64,000 nt of DNA from Octopus vulgaris (GCA_951406725.2 OX597817.1:167586001-167650000), one strand, 5' to 3'. Numbered from the stretch's first letter, positions 1 through 14,877 are shown. Made by a program: numbers and translations. The notes: a model not told the origin generated them from the sequence alone.

Positions 1-282
1 AACTGCTGGTCTTGTACCAAAATTTGAAACCAATATTATCAGTAAGAAGGATTGTCCTAATGATCGTACCAAAATCACGCCAGAGCCAGAATATATCCGC
101 GCTGTTATGAATAAGAAATACTGGTGAAAAATTCCAGTAAATTCAGTAGTGGGTGGAAGCACAAGAGTTTTGATATTGTTCTGTGAGACAGGGAAAGAAA
201 ACCATAGCCTGTTGTAGAGGTCACCTTTCAAAAGTTGTGAGAAAAGAGAACATCTATGCTCAACTTAAAGTCCTTGTATATT

Positions 283-684
283 TTCTCTCTTTTACTCTTT
301 TACTTGTTTCAGTCATTTGACTGCGGCCATGCTGGAGCACCGCCTTTAGTCGAGCAAATCGACCCCGGGACTTATTCTTTGTAAGCCCAGTACTTATTCA
401 ATCGGTCTTTTTTGCCGAACCGCTAGGTGACGGGGACATAAACACACCAGCATCGGTTGTCAAGCAATGCTAGGGAGACAAACACAGACACACAAACACA
501 TACATACACATACATATATATATATAGATATATACATATATACGACAGGCTTCTTTCAGTTTCCGTCTACCAAATCCACTCACAAGGCATTGGTCGGCCC
601 GGGGCTATAGCAGAAGACACTTGCCCAAGATGCCACGCATGTGGTTGGTTAGCAAGCTACTTACCACACAGCCACTCCTGCGCC
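283..684 (-). mobile_element. tRNA-derived SINE, family A, with an internal deletion removing the B-box
   Basis: Reverse strand reads GGCGCAGGAGTGGCTGTGTGG (A-box-like), CORE-like CTTGGGCAAGTGTCTT, an internal TA/TG microsatellite and a (GTAAAAGA)n tail; more than 15 similar copies in the window. Confidence 0.85.
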
Positions 685-844
685 TATATTTGTATATATT
701 ATCATAAGTTCGTTCGGCTATGTAATCACCGATTCACACAAAAGACTGGAAATGTTGGGGTTTGGGAATTTTCCAAGAAAAAACAAAGTAAACCCGACTC
801 GCATTATCCAAATTCAGTCGGTTAATGGTATAGTGAAGATTTGC

Positions 845-1071
845 GGCGAGCTGGCAGAAACGTTAGCACGCCGGGCGAAATGCTTAGCGGTATTTCGTCT
901 GCGTTACGTTGTGAGTTCAAATTCCGCCGAGGTCGACTTTGCCTTTCATCCTTTCGGGGTCGATAAATTAAGTACCAGTTACGCACTGGGGTCGATGTAA
1001 TCGACTTACTACCTATGTCTGTCCTTGTTTGTCCCCTCTGTGTTTAGCCCCTTGTGGGTAATAAAGAAATA
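845..1071 (+). mobile_element. SINE family B with target-site duplication
   Basis: GGCGAGCTGGCAGAAACGTTAG...GAGTTCAAATTCC (B-box)...GCCTTTCATCCTTTCGGGGTCGATAAA; flanked by direct repeat GGTATAGTGAAGATTTGC. Confidence 0.85.
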
Positions 1072-1194
1072 GGTATAGTGAAGATTTGCATAATATTCCG
1101 TGACAATTTTTTGGAATAAACTTAAACATACAATAACATGCAGGCATATTTTATAGACAGATGCAGATACATTACAAAGAATAAGCATGCAGAA

Positions 1195-1228
<34 letters not shown>

Positions 1229-1567
1229 GTGTATATATATATACACGCACACACACACATAGATACTTATACATAGTCGTATGCCACGAGACACGTATAC
1301 GACGACATACGCATGCATATACACATGTACACACACACATACACATATACGTGCATACATACATACACACATACATACATGCATTGCAAAAATACATGGA
1401 TGAAAGCATACATGCATGCATGCATGCATAGGTGTAACGCATCACCGCTTTTCTTTTGGGTTTTGATTTTCTTTTAAGTAAATTCCAGAGATGGGGGCCT
1501 TGCTTCTTTGTTAGAAACCAGTTCCTCTCTTGCAAAAAGAATCCAGATAATTATTAAAAAAAGCAGG

Positions 1568-1632
<65 letters not shown>

Positions 1633-1832
1633 TACATATGCTCTCATATATATACACACGTATATATATATATACATGAAAAATACATTAATAATGTTGC
1701 TAAAACAATATACAATGGCATTCATCGAAAATACTGCCCTGGGATGAATATAGAAAATAAATATTTCTATTGTTCAGTACATACATACAAACGTACATAT
1801 ATACAAACGTACATATATAAATACGTAACTAC

Positions 1833-1868
<36 letters not shown>

Positions 1869-1980
1869 TCAATATAGGGTGGCAAAAAAAAATTTTGTAG
1901 AATTCTTTTTGCCACCAGCGGCCTAGTAGGAAAAAATTAAAATAGTCATAGACCATTTTTAAGTCATAGACCATTTTTAA

Positions 1981-2114
<134 letters not shown>

Positions 2115-2236
2115 TTATATATTATGTTCAATAAGAAATAATTATTTTCGAAATTTATTCTCTTATGAGGTTTTCACGCTATCTACCTGACAATTTCTTG
2201 TTAAGTTTTCCTTATTAAGTAGTTGTCCTTAATTGC

Positions 2237-2348
<112 letters not shown>

Positions 2349-2907
2349 TACATGCATATATACACACATACATAGATACGAGTCAATAATGTCAGAATAT
2401 CTTCATTAAAACTTCGGTCAAGTATAGGAATGACAGGTCTGATATACTGTATATACAATGCCATCCATCAAGCACCTTGTCTTTTTAGATATTTGCGTGG
2501 GTTATACCAGCGTGTATTAGATTTTCATCGAAATTAATGAAGTGATGACTTATATAATGTAATTATATTGACCCTTGGGGTTTCGTCAGCTATGATCTCT
2601 GTGAGATCAATATTGAAAGAAGAATAGTCGCACTAGTTATTGGTTCAGTTTTTATTTATCGACTCAGAAAGGTTGAATGGCAAATATGATTTCGGCGGCA
2701 GCGGGACTTGAACTCCGAATGCGGAGACGAAGCGTATTCAATTAAAGAATACATTAAAGAATCTATCAGTTTTGTACCTTAAGAATTTCTTTTTTAATCT
2801 ACTAGTAATAATGAAGGGAAAGTAGAAGTTAAGCGGTTCTAATTTGGACACAAGGCCAGCAATTTTTAAAAGAATGGATTTTTTTTTATACCATCGAACC
2901 CGATATG

Positions 2908-3455
2908 TGGCACTCCATCGGTTACGACGGTGAAAGTTCCAGCTGATCTGATCAACGGAACAGCCTGCTTGGCTGAGTATTCCACAGACACGCGTACCCT
3001 TAAAGTTGTTCTCAAGGAGATTCCGCGTGGCACAGAATGTGACAAGGCTGACCCTATGAATTACTGGTACAACTCATTTTTGTCAGCTGAGTGGACTGAA
3101 ACAACATGAAATGAAATGTCTCGCTCAAGAACACAAACGCCGCCGGGAATCGAACTAGTGACCTTACGATTGTAAACCTATTTACTACCCACAAGGGGTT
3201 AAACATAGAGGGGACAAACAAGGACAGACAAATGGATTAAGTCGATTACATCGACCCCAATGCGTAACTGGTACTTAATTTATCGACCCCGAAAGGATGA
3301 AAGGCAAAGTCGACCTCGGCGGAATTTGAACTCAGAACGTAACGGCAGACGAAATACCGCAAGGCATTTTGCCCGGCACGCTAACGGTTCTGCCAGCTCG
3401 CCGCCTTGGTTTACGATTGTAAACCGATTACTTTAACCACTAAGCCACACACATT
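2908..3455 (-). mobile_element. SINE family D interrupted by a family B SINE (3179-3408)
   Basis: D-type body and head on both sides of the B copy; TSD TTACGATTGTAAACC at 3164-3178 and 3411-3425. Confidence 0.8.
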
Positions 3456-3950
3456 CACTACCCCGGTACTTAACTGGCACTTAAATTTATCGACCCCGGA
3501 GGAATGAAAGGCAAAGTTGACTTCGGTAGGATTTGAACTCAGAGAGTAAACAGCCATTGGAAGATGAAGATAATGGAAATACTTTGGACAAAGTTTATAT
3601 TCTAAGAAAGAAAGGCTTCATTGTTCTGTCTCAGAAGAAGGAACAATACCAAACCATTCGGATTCTCTTCTTCTCACGACACACTGAACATAATCGTTTA
3701 TTTCTATTTTTAAATAATCTTTGTACAATTAAATGTTTACATAGTTACATGGTCTTTGTAAAGTATAGAATGGAACATTGACCGTTAACCAATGGAACAT
3801 TGACCGTTAACAGCTTCAATCAGTGAAATAGTATGGATCTGTAAACATCAAATAAAAAATTATTATTATTATTATAGGAGGAAAATATATGCAAGCTCAA
3901 ATGAGCATAAACATAATACAAGAATACTTACATTAACACATACACACACA

Positions 3951-4000
<50 letters not shown>

Positions 4001-4062
4001 TACATACATACATACATACATACATACATACATACATACACACATACCTATATTAATATACC

Positions 4063-4400
4063 ATGTTGATCTAAAAATAATTGCGGTTTTTAACCGTCAA
4101 ATTGAAAACAAAAGCATATATCTCAGCCCAGAATAAGCTTTATTAATTGAAATAATAACAATTACAATCTATAAGCTTTTGACATCCAGAAACAAACCTA
4201 TTTCTTCCGGCAGCATAGAATTTTGAAGTGTCAGAACCGATGAATTCTTTGCAGACGTTTTGAGCTGCTGCTTGGTTGTTGAAGACCTTCTTTTACAGGA
4301 AGGTATCGAGTTGCTTGAATAAATGGTAATTGGTCGGAGAGACGTTCGGAGAGGTCTGGAGAGTACGGATATTAGTTAGAATTTCGAAACCAACACATGT
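4063..4400 (-). mobile_element. mariner transposon remnant (transposase C-terminus plus TIR)
   Basis: Minus strand gives YPYSPDL...SPTNYHLFKQLDTFL*KKVFNN...KFYAAG...CQKLIDCNCYYF; TIR-like AAAAATAATTGCGGTTTTT at ~4073-4091. Confidence 0.85.
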
Positions 4401-4689
4401 TGTCGGGTGTTGCCTTGGAGAAGAAGTGATCCTTTCCAAATGGCCGATGCTGGAAGTAAATGATGTAATTCTTGTTGCATTCTGTCGCAAAGCGATGGAT
4501 TGGCGGTATTTGTTCCGGCTCTTTACATTTTAAGTTCAAACTCACCGAGGTGATCTTTACATTTCATCCTTTTCCAATCGATGAAAATATGCCAATCCAA
4601 CTGTAAAAACGTTGGGCCAGATGCTTTATTGTACTTGTGTCAACTCTTTGTGTCTGAGTTCAAATCCCACGGCAGTCTTCTTACTTGTG

Positions 4690-5350
4690 GTGGCATTCAC
4701 CTGGAGTGTTTACCACGTCCCTCACGAATGCAGACCACATCTAACGGTCGGCTGCAGTCCAGGCTGTAATAAATACCCACTTCCGGCTCCATTGCCGAAG
4801 ACCATAGACACGGGGTCCAGATTGTGCTTCCTAGTCCGCCTTTACCGTCGCCAGCCACGTCTTCAGTAGTCCTCCAGCTCGCTTGCACCATCCTGGGAGG
4901 GGAGCTGGGTTGACCGCCTTGGGAACGAATTACTCCGGAGACTAAATAGCCTACTTAGGTGATAGACTTGACCCTCTCTAGCTTAACACGAACACCTGGC
5001 ACCACAGCTACCTTTTCTAGAAAGGTCCACTCTGCTGCAACCATTCGAAAGAAGGTTTCATACACCACGCACATGCACACACAATCATCATCATCATCAT
5101 TGTTCGACCGTGGTCGAGACTTTCATAGTCTTTTCAAATGGCTAATAATGTGTGGGCGCGTCACTACTACACACATTGGAAGGCATTGTACAACCAAGTA
5201 CTAAAGAAGATCTGTCCTCCTCCATGAAACAAAGCTGTTCCCGCTGGACGTCAACCCAGTATTTCTAAGCTACGGACCCAGTGATTTATTGTAAGGTTAT
5301 CTCCCTAGATAGATTGCCTTCACTACGGCTAAGGAGCCCTTTCTACCCTA
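4690..5350 (-). mobile_element. probable RTE-derived non-coding fragments
   Basis: GC-richer segment; GGGCTCCTTAGCCGTAGTGAAGGCAATCTATCTAGGGAGA resembles RTE 5'UTR motifs; (GAT)n tail at ~5085-5100. Confidence 0.35.
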
Positions 5351-5589
5351 TTCTGCACACACAATACTCCCTCTCACTCACAGACGCACACACACACACA
5401 TACAATACGTATAGATAATATACCACACACCCATTGGCCTGTTAAATGTGTAATTGGTTAAAACAAATCAGAATTTGCGAATAAATGTTGATATTTGGAA
5501 TGGCGTCCGATAGAAATTGCACATAGGTTCATGTCTCATCAAAATTTTGACTAACGCAGTTTTGGCTGCAAAGAGGTTTTGCACTTTTT

Positions 5590-5805
5590 TACTCTTTTAC
5601 TCTTTTACTTGTTTCAGTCATTTCACTGTGGCCATGCTGGAGCACCGCCTTTTTAGTCGAGCAAATCGACCCCGGGACTTATTATTTGTAAGCCCGGTAC
5701 TTATTCTATCGGTCGCTTTTGCCGAACTGTTAAGTTACAGGGACGTAAACACACCATCATCGGTTGTCAAGCGATGTTGCGTGGGGGACGAACACAGACA
5801 CACAA

Positions 5806-5904
<99 letters not shown>

Positions 5905-6060
5905 TACGACGGGCTTCTTTCAGTTTCCATCTACCAAATCCACTCAAAAGGCTTTGGTCGTCCGAAGCTATAGTAGAAGACACTTACCCAAAGGTGCCAC
6001 GCAGCGGGATTGAACCCGGAACCATGTAGTTGGTAAGCAAGCTACTTACCACACAGCTAC
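5590..6060 (-). mobile_element. SINE family A
   Basis: Near full-length match to the other A copies. Confidence 0.85.
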
Positions 6061-6548
6061 AATTTTTTTTTTAAAGTCCATATTTCTTTGAAAGACCGAC
6101 ATGCTTGCATTCAGTCTACTCAAGAGTATAAGAATCTGAAGTCATCAGACTTGTAAAATAATAATAATAAAAGAGCCTGTCGTTGAGGAAGTCGAAACTT
6201 TAATTTGTTCTGCTTTGGCGGTTGGGTGAACGACCGGCGTTGAATAAGCTGAGACACTCACTCCGAGTGCCTAGATACGACAGCTAAGCATTAAGGTAGA
6301 AATCTTTTACTCGTTTCAGTCATTAGACTACTGCCATGCTGTGGCATCGCCTTGAAGAGTTTTTTTTGTCGAAAGAATCAACTCCAGGACTTATTTTTTT
6401 TAAAGCTTGGTACTTACTCTATCAGTCTCTTAAGCCGAACCGCAAAGTCACGGGAACGTAAACACACCAACACTGGTGGTGTGAAATAAACGCAGAGACA
6501 AAGACACACACACTCACACACACATACATACATTACATACATACATAC

Positions 6549-6659
<111 letters not shown>

Positions 6660-6660
6660 T

Positions 6661-7150
6661 ATAGCAATAATAATTCTCTAAAAGAGATATAGACAGTAAC
6701 TGCTCGATAACATAAGGGACTAAAGCCATCTGAATATGGCTAGGGACAGGGCAGGGTGGTGGGGGTGTTACTGTTGCATTTAGCCCCAGGCGAACATCGA
6801 CGTCACCAGAAAGGCTCGACACCGTCACGGTGTCCTTATCCTGCAAAGGGAGGTAATTCCCCGATGAAGCGGAAACCACACACGGACCATGGTTTCAAGG
6901 TGTATTGCCTATCGTCGGCGTGTGGTAGGCTTCCGCTTCCTCGACGAACTCTCACTCTGCAGGATATTCATATATAGATTTTCAAGCAAAATACATTTGC
7001 TGATTTCGAAAATCTGTTCGAAAGCAATAATAATTCTCTAAAAGAGATATAGACAGTAACTGCTCGATAACATAAGGGACTAAAGTAACACCCCCACCAC
7101 CCTGCCCTGTCCCTAGCCATATTCAGATGGCTTTAGTCCCTTATGTTATA
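6661..7150. mobile_element. (TA)n-embedded element with direct plus inverted terminal duplication (Penelope-like architecture)
   Basis: 6663-6724 is repeated directly at 7023-7084; 7085-7148 is the reverse complement of ~6706-6770. Confidence 0.55.
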
Positions 7151-7151
7151 A

Positions 7152-7553
<402 letters not shown>

Positions 7554-7572
7554 TATATATATATATATATAT

Positions 7573-7693
<121 letters not shown>

Positions 7694-8282
7694 CATATAT
7701 ATATATACATACGACGGGGCTTCTTTAAGTTTCCGTCTACCAAATCCACTCAAAAGGCTTTGGTTGGTCTGAGGCTATAGTAGCAGGAACTTGCCTAAGG
7801 TGCCACACAGTGCAACTGAACCCGGAACCATGTCAGAATCATCATGAACTGTAAAGATCTTAGAGAAAACTATACTTCCAAATAAATGACAAAAACCATT
7901 TCGGTTATTCGTGGACTTTTTCAGCATGACAACAACTGGAGGTATAACTGCAATAATACTTAAGGCGTTTATCAACAGCAAACTATAAAAAGTGTTGCAG
8001 CGGGAATTACAATTTAATAGAAAGCTTATGGGAGAGGCGTTGACGTAACTATTCAACAAAAATATCCAGGAAATTAAATGAATTGTATGATAATTATGGT
8101 AAACAAAAAAATGGGAAGCAATTTATGGTAATGTAATCATCAAAATTATAGATTCAATACTCGTAGTTGTGATTCCGCTTCGAAAACTTTCAGATAATCA
8201 ACAATGACTAAGTACCGCTTCCATTTAGAGGAGAAAAAAAAATGAATTTCTCATATAAACTGAAACTTATTTTTGTAAAAAG

Positions 8283-8572
8283 TGAAGGTGCGTGGATGAA
8301 TAGCTAGGGTATTCAGCTGATGTTCGTAAGATCGTGAGTTCGATTCCTGGCGGCATGTTGTGTTCTTGAGCAAGACACTTTACTTCACGTTGCTCCAGTT
8401 CACTCAGCTGGCAAAAATGAGTAGTACTTGTAGTTCAAAGAGCCAGCCTGGTCACATTCTGTATCATAAGGAATCTCCCTGAAAACTACTGTAAGGGTAC
8501 GGTTGTCTGTGGGGTACGCAGCCATTTCCGCGTTAATTTCACAAACAGGCTGCTCCGTTGATCGTATCAAAT
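8283..8572 (+). mobile_element. SINE family D (CORE-like)
   Basis: tRNA-like head ...GAGTTCGATTCC, then TGTGTTCTTGAGCAAGACACTT. Confidence 0.75.
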
Positions 8573-8971
8573 GGCACTTTTGTAAAACCGACAGAGTGCC
8601 AGGTATTTTTGTAACATTATCCATGCTATCAATGAATACACTTTTGAAGGTTGGCGAGCTGGCAGAATCGTTAGCACGCCGGCCAAAATGCTTATCGGCA
8701 TTTCGTCCGTCTTTACACACTGAGTTCAAATTCCGCTGCGAATGTTTAGATTAACCCAGCAGTGTAATTATTGATTTCAAATTTTTGGCACAAGGCCAGC
8801 AACTTCGGGGAGGGGATTAGTCGATTACATAAAAAAGGGTTGACGGGAAAGGTAGAAAGAAGGGGAGATAATAAGGTATTGGTGATCCCAAAACGAAGGT
8901 GCGCGTGCGTATGTGTATGTGAGAATGTGTAAGAGTGTATGTGTGGATAGGAGCTATATATATATATATAT

Positions 8972-9055
<84 letters not shown>

Positions 9056-9859
9056 TACAAAATTAGAAAATGGAGAAACATACTTAAATCAATCAAACAT
9101 CAACCATCAGATGATACCCAATCAATACTTTATTACACCATTACATAACAGTAAAGGCATTATACAAAATATATTGTAAATATAATTAGACAAGGAAATA
9201 GAAATATAAAATATAAAATATAATATATAATTATATCATATCTGACAGCTGTTTCGGCCGTAAGGGCAAGTATGCCTCATTTAACCTATATATATATATA
9301 TATATGCATACATATGTCTATATGTGTGTGTGTGTTGTTTGTGATTGCCCACTACCACTTCTTATCAAATGATGCTGGTTGGTTTGATTACGTCCCTGTA
9401 TACCGTATATTGCGATTCGGCAAACGAGCACGATAGAATAAATATCAAACTCAAAAAAAATAAATACTGGAGCCGATTTGTTTGACAAAAGCCTTCAAGG
9501 CAGACGACTGGAACAAGTGAAAAACAAAGTAAAATACAAATCGTGAGAAAATTACCGATACTTACAGATGTTGTGCAAGTGTGTGTGCGCGTGTATGAGT
9601 GTGTATGTGTGCTTGTGTGTGTGTGCGTGTATGCGTGTGTGTAAATATGCACATATATTTGTATGCATGTATGCATGCATGCATGTATAAACAAATGTTT
9701 ATTCAAAAGACGCTCATTAATTATTTATTGCGGTTCGTTGTCAGTTACGTAACGCCCAAAACCGTTATGCAATATGCATAATGCATACCGACATCTATTT
9801 AGAATTTCCGCAGCTCGATCTGAATGTGTCTGTTGTCAAACAAGGCCCTCAAAAGTCGA

Positions 9860-9887
<28 letters not shown>

Positions 9888-9892
<5 letters not shown>

Positions 9893-10174
9893 GTTGTATA
9901 CTGTCAATCTAACAAGAACGTGACAGTAGGGGGTACACCACCACTGTATAGCCCTAGGAAGCATCGAACGCCTCCTGATGGCTTTGACACATTTTTCCCT
10001 GTGTCCTTATAGAAAAATGTGTCAAAGCCATCAGGAGGCGTTCGATGCTTCCTAGGGCTATACAGTGGTGGTGTACCCCCTACTGTCACGTTCTTGTTAG
10101 ATTGACAGTATACAACCATTCTATCGCCCCACCACCGTACATGTCTCTACGAGAGATTTAGAAATTCAATATTT

Positions 10175-10175
<1 letters not shown>
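9888..10175 (+). mobile_element. (TA)n-embedded fold-back element, copy 2
   Basis: Perfect ~108-bp inverted repeat with a short spacer; tail ends CAATATTTC followed by (TA)n. Confidence 0.75.
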
Positions 10176-10249
<74 letters not shown>

Positions 10250-10590
10250 AAGGGTGAAAAGGAACACACGAGTTGATATATATGAAAAAACAAGTCAAGA
10301 TAGAAAATGCTAAAATAATTTTATAAAGAACATTTCAGTACCGGTTTCAGTCATTTTGAGACCTTTTCAACTGTAACGATTAAATAATTAAATTTAGAAA
10401 AATTAAAATTAATGCCACTTATATTTGAACACTATACAAATATTCCTTTAAAAAACTTTTTCTTTTAAATTTTTCGAAATTTAATTATTTAATCGTTACA
10501 GTTGAAAAGGTCTCAAAATGACCGAAACCGGTACTGAAATGTTCTTTATAAAATTATTTTAGCATTTTCTATCTTGACTTGTTTTTTCAT
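10250..10590. mobile_element. Penelope-like fold-back element with hammerhead motif
   Basis: Inverted arms ~10277-10400 / 10470-10590; related copy at ~58695-58860. Confidence 0.7.
10499..10536 (+). ncRNA. minimal type-I hammerhead ribozyme, U3-A8 variant
   Basis: cag-TTGAAAA-GGTC(tcaaaat)GACC-GAAA-C(CG)G-TA-ctg: stems I, II and III all pair. Confidence 0.65.
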
Positions 10591-10681
10591 ATATATATAT
10601 ATATGGCGGTGCCCAAGCATGGCCACAGCTCGTGAGCTGAAACTAGATAAAATAAAAAAATTAAAAAATAAAAAAATAAAA

Positions 10682-10730
<49 letters not shown>

Positions 10731-10734
<4 letters not shown>

Positions 10735-11143
10735 CAAACTTTGGCATCGAGAGTCACACAAATGCCAGAAACGGGCGCCACTGCGTGGTACCAAGGACTC
10801 CAAGTTTGCCATCAAGATGTAGGACAAGATACTGTGATAGCCTGGGCTTCAGACGTCCACAGCTCTTCAATATCCTCCCGAAGAACCTGAGGGACCTGCA
10901 TGGTGTAGATGCGGATGTCTTTAAAGTAGGACTGGATCTCTTCCTGTCAGGTGTCCCGGATGAACCAACTTCACGGCAGGAGGTGCAGATGAGGGCAGCT
11001 GCAACGAACTCTCTCATGCACCAAATGGCAGTTGCTAAAAAGCATTCGTGAAGTAAAATCATGTAGCAACACCAAATGGCGGTGCCCCAGCATGGCCACA
11101 GCTCATGAGCTGAAACTGGAAAAATCAAATCAAAATCAAAATC
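10731..11143 (+). mobile_element. 5'-truncated CR1-group LINE (ORF2 C-terminus plus 3'UTR)
   Basis: ORF 10785-11051 SLGFRRPQLFNILPKNLR...FKVGLDLFLSGVPDEP...TNSL matches the CR1/L2-group RT tail; ends in (AAATC)n; a tiny 3'-end copy sits at 10605-10650. Confidence 0.8.
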
Positions 11144-11237
11144 ATATTATCGTAATTATGAGGGTAATAAATTAAAATAGTTTATAACCAGTGGTTAAAT
11201 AAAAATCATAAGACAACGTTTTTAAAAATATAACAGT

Positions 11238-11594
<357 letters not shown>

Positions 11595-11596
11595 AC

Positions 11597-11868
11597 TTTA
11601 TTATTTCTCCCTAGCTTTATTATCTCCCCTTCTCCCTAGCTCTCCTGTGTGACCCTTCTGTCCGGCATTCGCCATGATAAATCGTTAGCCTCTACACATT
11701 CTTTATTTTCTCTCCTTGTTTCTTTCTGTGTTCCTTTCTGCTTCTATGGAAAAGCGTAGGCTCGAAACGTTGAAGAATGTTTCACTTCTCGAGCGTTATA
11801 ATAATAGATCTGTCTGTTGTCTACATCACCTGTCTTCGTCTTTTGTTGTTTTTTGTGAATTCTCCCTA
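11597..11868 (+). mobile_element. Penelope-like terminal fragment with degenerate hammerhead
   Basis: ...AAGCGTAGGCTCGAAACGTT...; homologous to 34538-34748 and 37448-37628; ends in (TA)n. Confidence 0.65.
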
Positions 11869-11880
11869 TATATATATATA

Positions 11881-11914
<34 letters not shown>

Positions 11915-11921
11915 TATATAT

Positions 11922-12011
<90 letters not shown>

Positions 12012-12053
12012 GGATGGATGGATGGATGGATGGATGGATGGATGGTTAGATAC

Positions 12054-12111
<58 letters not shown>

Positions 12112-12682
12112 GTGTATATCTTTGTGTTTATGTATCCATGGTTGCATACATGTATTTATATATACACCCTTTTATGTATACACTTCCACTTCATTGTACT
12201 TTGCTTGTTAGTATGCAAGTAATTAACAAGCTTCTTAAATACTCATTAACTATATACATATATACCTATACGCATTCCTTCATATATACATACACACTAT
12301 ACACACGAATACTCACACAACATACATAATATGCATGGATAATATATATATATACACACCCACTGGCTTGTTAAATGTGTAATTAGTTAAAACAAACCAG
12401 AATTTTTGAATAAATGTTGAATAATAAACGAACTGAACAAACAGCTTTTCATGGGAAAAGAATGCGAAACCGATGGGAATGTTCGAGTTGTATCTACCTT
12501 TGAAGTCGACCACACCCAGCTAAAGAACACAAACATCACGTTTCTCGCTTTTGTTAAATTTACGTGAGTCACGAGGTTAAGAATAAAGAACAATGAAAAA
12601 AATACAGGCTCGCTGTTGTTAGTTTACTTGGAATTCACATAGACGTTTCCTCTCTGTGTTAGAAACGTGTCTCATATATCGC

Positions 12683-13052
12683 GGCATTCCGTCTGTTACG
12701 ACGAGGAGGGTTCCGGTTGATCTGATCAGCAGAACAGCCTGCTCGTGAAATAAACGTGCAAGTGATTGAGTACTCCACGGACACGTGTACCGTTAACGTA
12801 GTTCTCGAGGAGGTTTCAGCGTGACACAGAGTGTGGCCCTTTGAAATACAGGTACAACTGAAACAGGAAGAAAGAGTGAGAGAAAGTTGTTATGAAAGAA
12901 TACAGCAGGGTTCGCCACCACTCCTTGCCGGAGCCCCGTTGAGCTTTAGATGTTTTTGCTCAATAAACGCTCACAACGCCCGGTCTGAGAATCGAAACCG
13001 CGATCTTACGACCGCAAGTCCGCTACCCTAACCACTAGGCCATTGCGCCTCC
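12683..13052 (-). mobile_element. SINE family C (tRNA-like head)
   Basis: Reverse strand GGAGGCGCAATGGCCTAGTGGTTAGG...GGTTTCGATTC. Confidence 0.8.
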
Positions 13053-13399
13053 ATACACACACACACACACACACACACATATTATCTTTTACTTGCTTCA
13101 ATCATGAGACTACGACCATGCAGGGGCACCGCCTTGAAGAATTTTTATTCGAATGTATCGACCCCAGTTTACGGGGAAGTAAACACACCAGCACCGGTTT
13201 TCAAGCAGTGGTAGGGGTACGACACACACACACACATACATACATATATACATCCATACAAACATACATGCATACATACATACACACACACACATGCATG
13301 CATGTATACATACATGCATGCATGCATGCATGCATGCATACATACATACATACATACATACATACATACATACATACATACATACATACATACATACAA

Positions 13400-13775
13400 G
13401 TTACATTCCAGAGGTTTTCAGACTTTTCAAAATACTATAATTTTATTAAATTCAGAGAAATACAAAACTCAAATCTCCTTCGAAACAGGACCCTCTGACT
13501 TCAGTGTCATTTTTTGTAGCGCTCCAACCACTTCACAAAGGTTAATGGAAGCCCTCCAAAGTAAAGGTGTCCAGGACCCTTGTGACAGTCTCCATCCTTT
13601 CAATGTCTTCAAAATTACTGCCCCTGAGGTTCTCATTTAGCTTGGGGAACAACCAAAAGTCTCTAGGGGCAAAATCTAGACTATAAGGAGGGTAAAAAGA
13701 TAGGTTTGAAGCCCATCTCTGTTACGTTGCGTTGTTGGCTACCGCGATGGAATTGTGGCAAGCAGTGTTTAATAG
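13400..13775 (-). mobile_element. mariner transposase remnant
   Basis: Minus strand PPYSLDFAPRDFWLFPKLNENLRGSNFEDIE...KWLERYK...GSCFEGD, with frameshifts. Confidence 0.85.
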
Positions 13776-13852
13776 GGGGGGGTCTTCAAAGTTCTGTTAT
13801 AGCCGTCTCCTTCAATCAGGAATAAAAGGTTGGTAAGTCAGCTTATTTGATG

Positions 13853-14149
13853 TATGTTGTTGTTTTTCCTTCTCTAGCCATGCCTGGTTTCCCGGTTTCA
13901 TTGGCGTACAGGTTCCCCTCCTGGACGGGACGCCGGTCCGTCGCAGGTGAGCTGCAAGATGCAGGAGGAAAGAGTGAGAGAAAGTTGTGGCGAAAGAGTC
14001 AGCAGAAGTTCGCTTTTACCTTCTGCCAGAACCGAGTGGAGCTTAGGTGTTTCGCTCATAAACATACTCACATCGTCCGGTCCGAGATTCGAACCTGCGA
14101 TCCCTCGACCGCGAATTCGCTACTCTAACCACTAGGCCATGCGCCTCCA
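13853..14149 (-). mobile_element. SINE family C with V-domain-like body
   Basis: C head plus CCTGCGACGGACCGGCGTCCCGTCCAG. Confidence 0.75.
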
Positions 14150-14734
14150 CTTATTTGACCTATAGTAACATTATATTAAAATAAGAACAATCTAAGACAG
14201 TCATAACTGCCTCTCTTTAAAATGTTTCAAAACTTCTGGAATGCACCTCGTGAAAAGTTTTGTGGTGCAAACTGGAAAATACAACTTAAATCATATATAT
14301 ATATATATGTTTTTTCTATTAATAACCGATAGAAGTTACAGAGTTACTCAAGAGCCGATAGCTTCGTGCGTTGGCACTTACCAAACTGGTTCCAAGGCTT
14401 CATATATTCATGTACCGGCGAAGAATGCATTTCCTTGAATTTTTCATGAACAAATTGTAAAAACAATGACAACGTCACGTGGATAATATATATTTTTTAA
14501 ATGATTCGTCCGTTACGCAGTTCAGTGAATAGACAATACACAAATAAACAAACACGTGTGGCTGTGTGGTTAACAAGTTCACTTCCGAACCACATGTTTC
14601 CGGGTCCACTCCGACTGAGTGACACCGTGGGCAACTGTCTACTACTATAACCTCTTACCAACCAAAGCCTTGTGAGTGGATTTGGTAGACGGAAACTGAA
14701 TGAACCCCGTCGTGTATATATGTATGTATGTATG

Positions 14735-14773
<39 letters not shown>

Positions 14774-14877
14774 TTAGTATTACTTAAACTTTCCTCGAAT
14801 GGGGCTTTTACATGCCGAAATCTACTTGGTGAAATTAATGATTATTCCAAATTAATTAATTTCACCCTATATTATTA

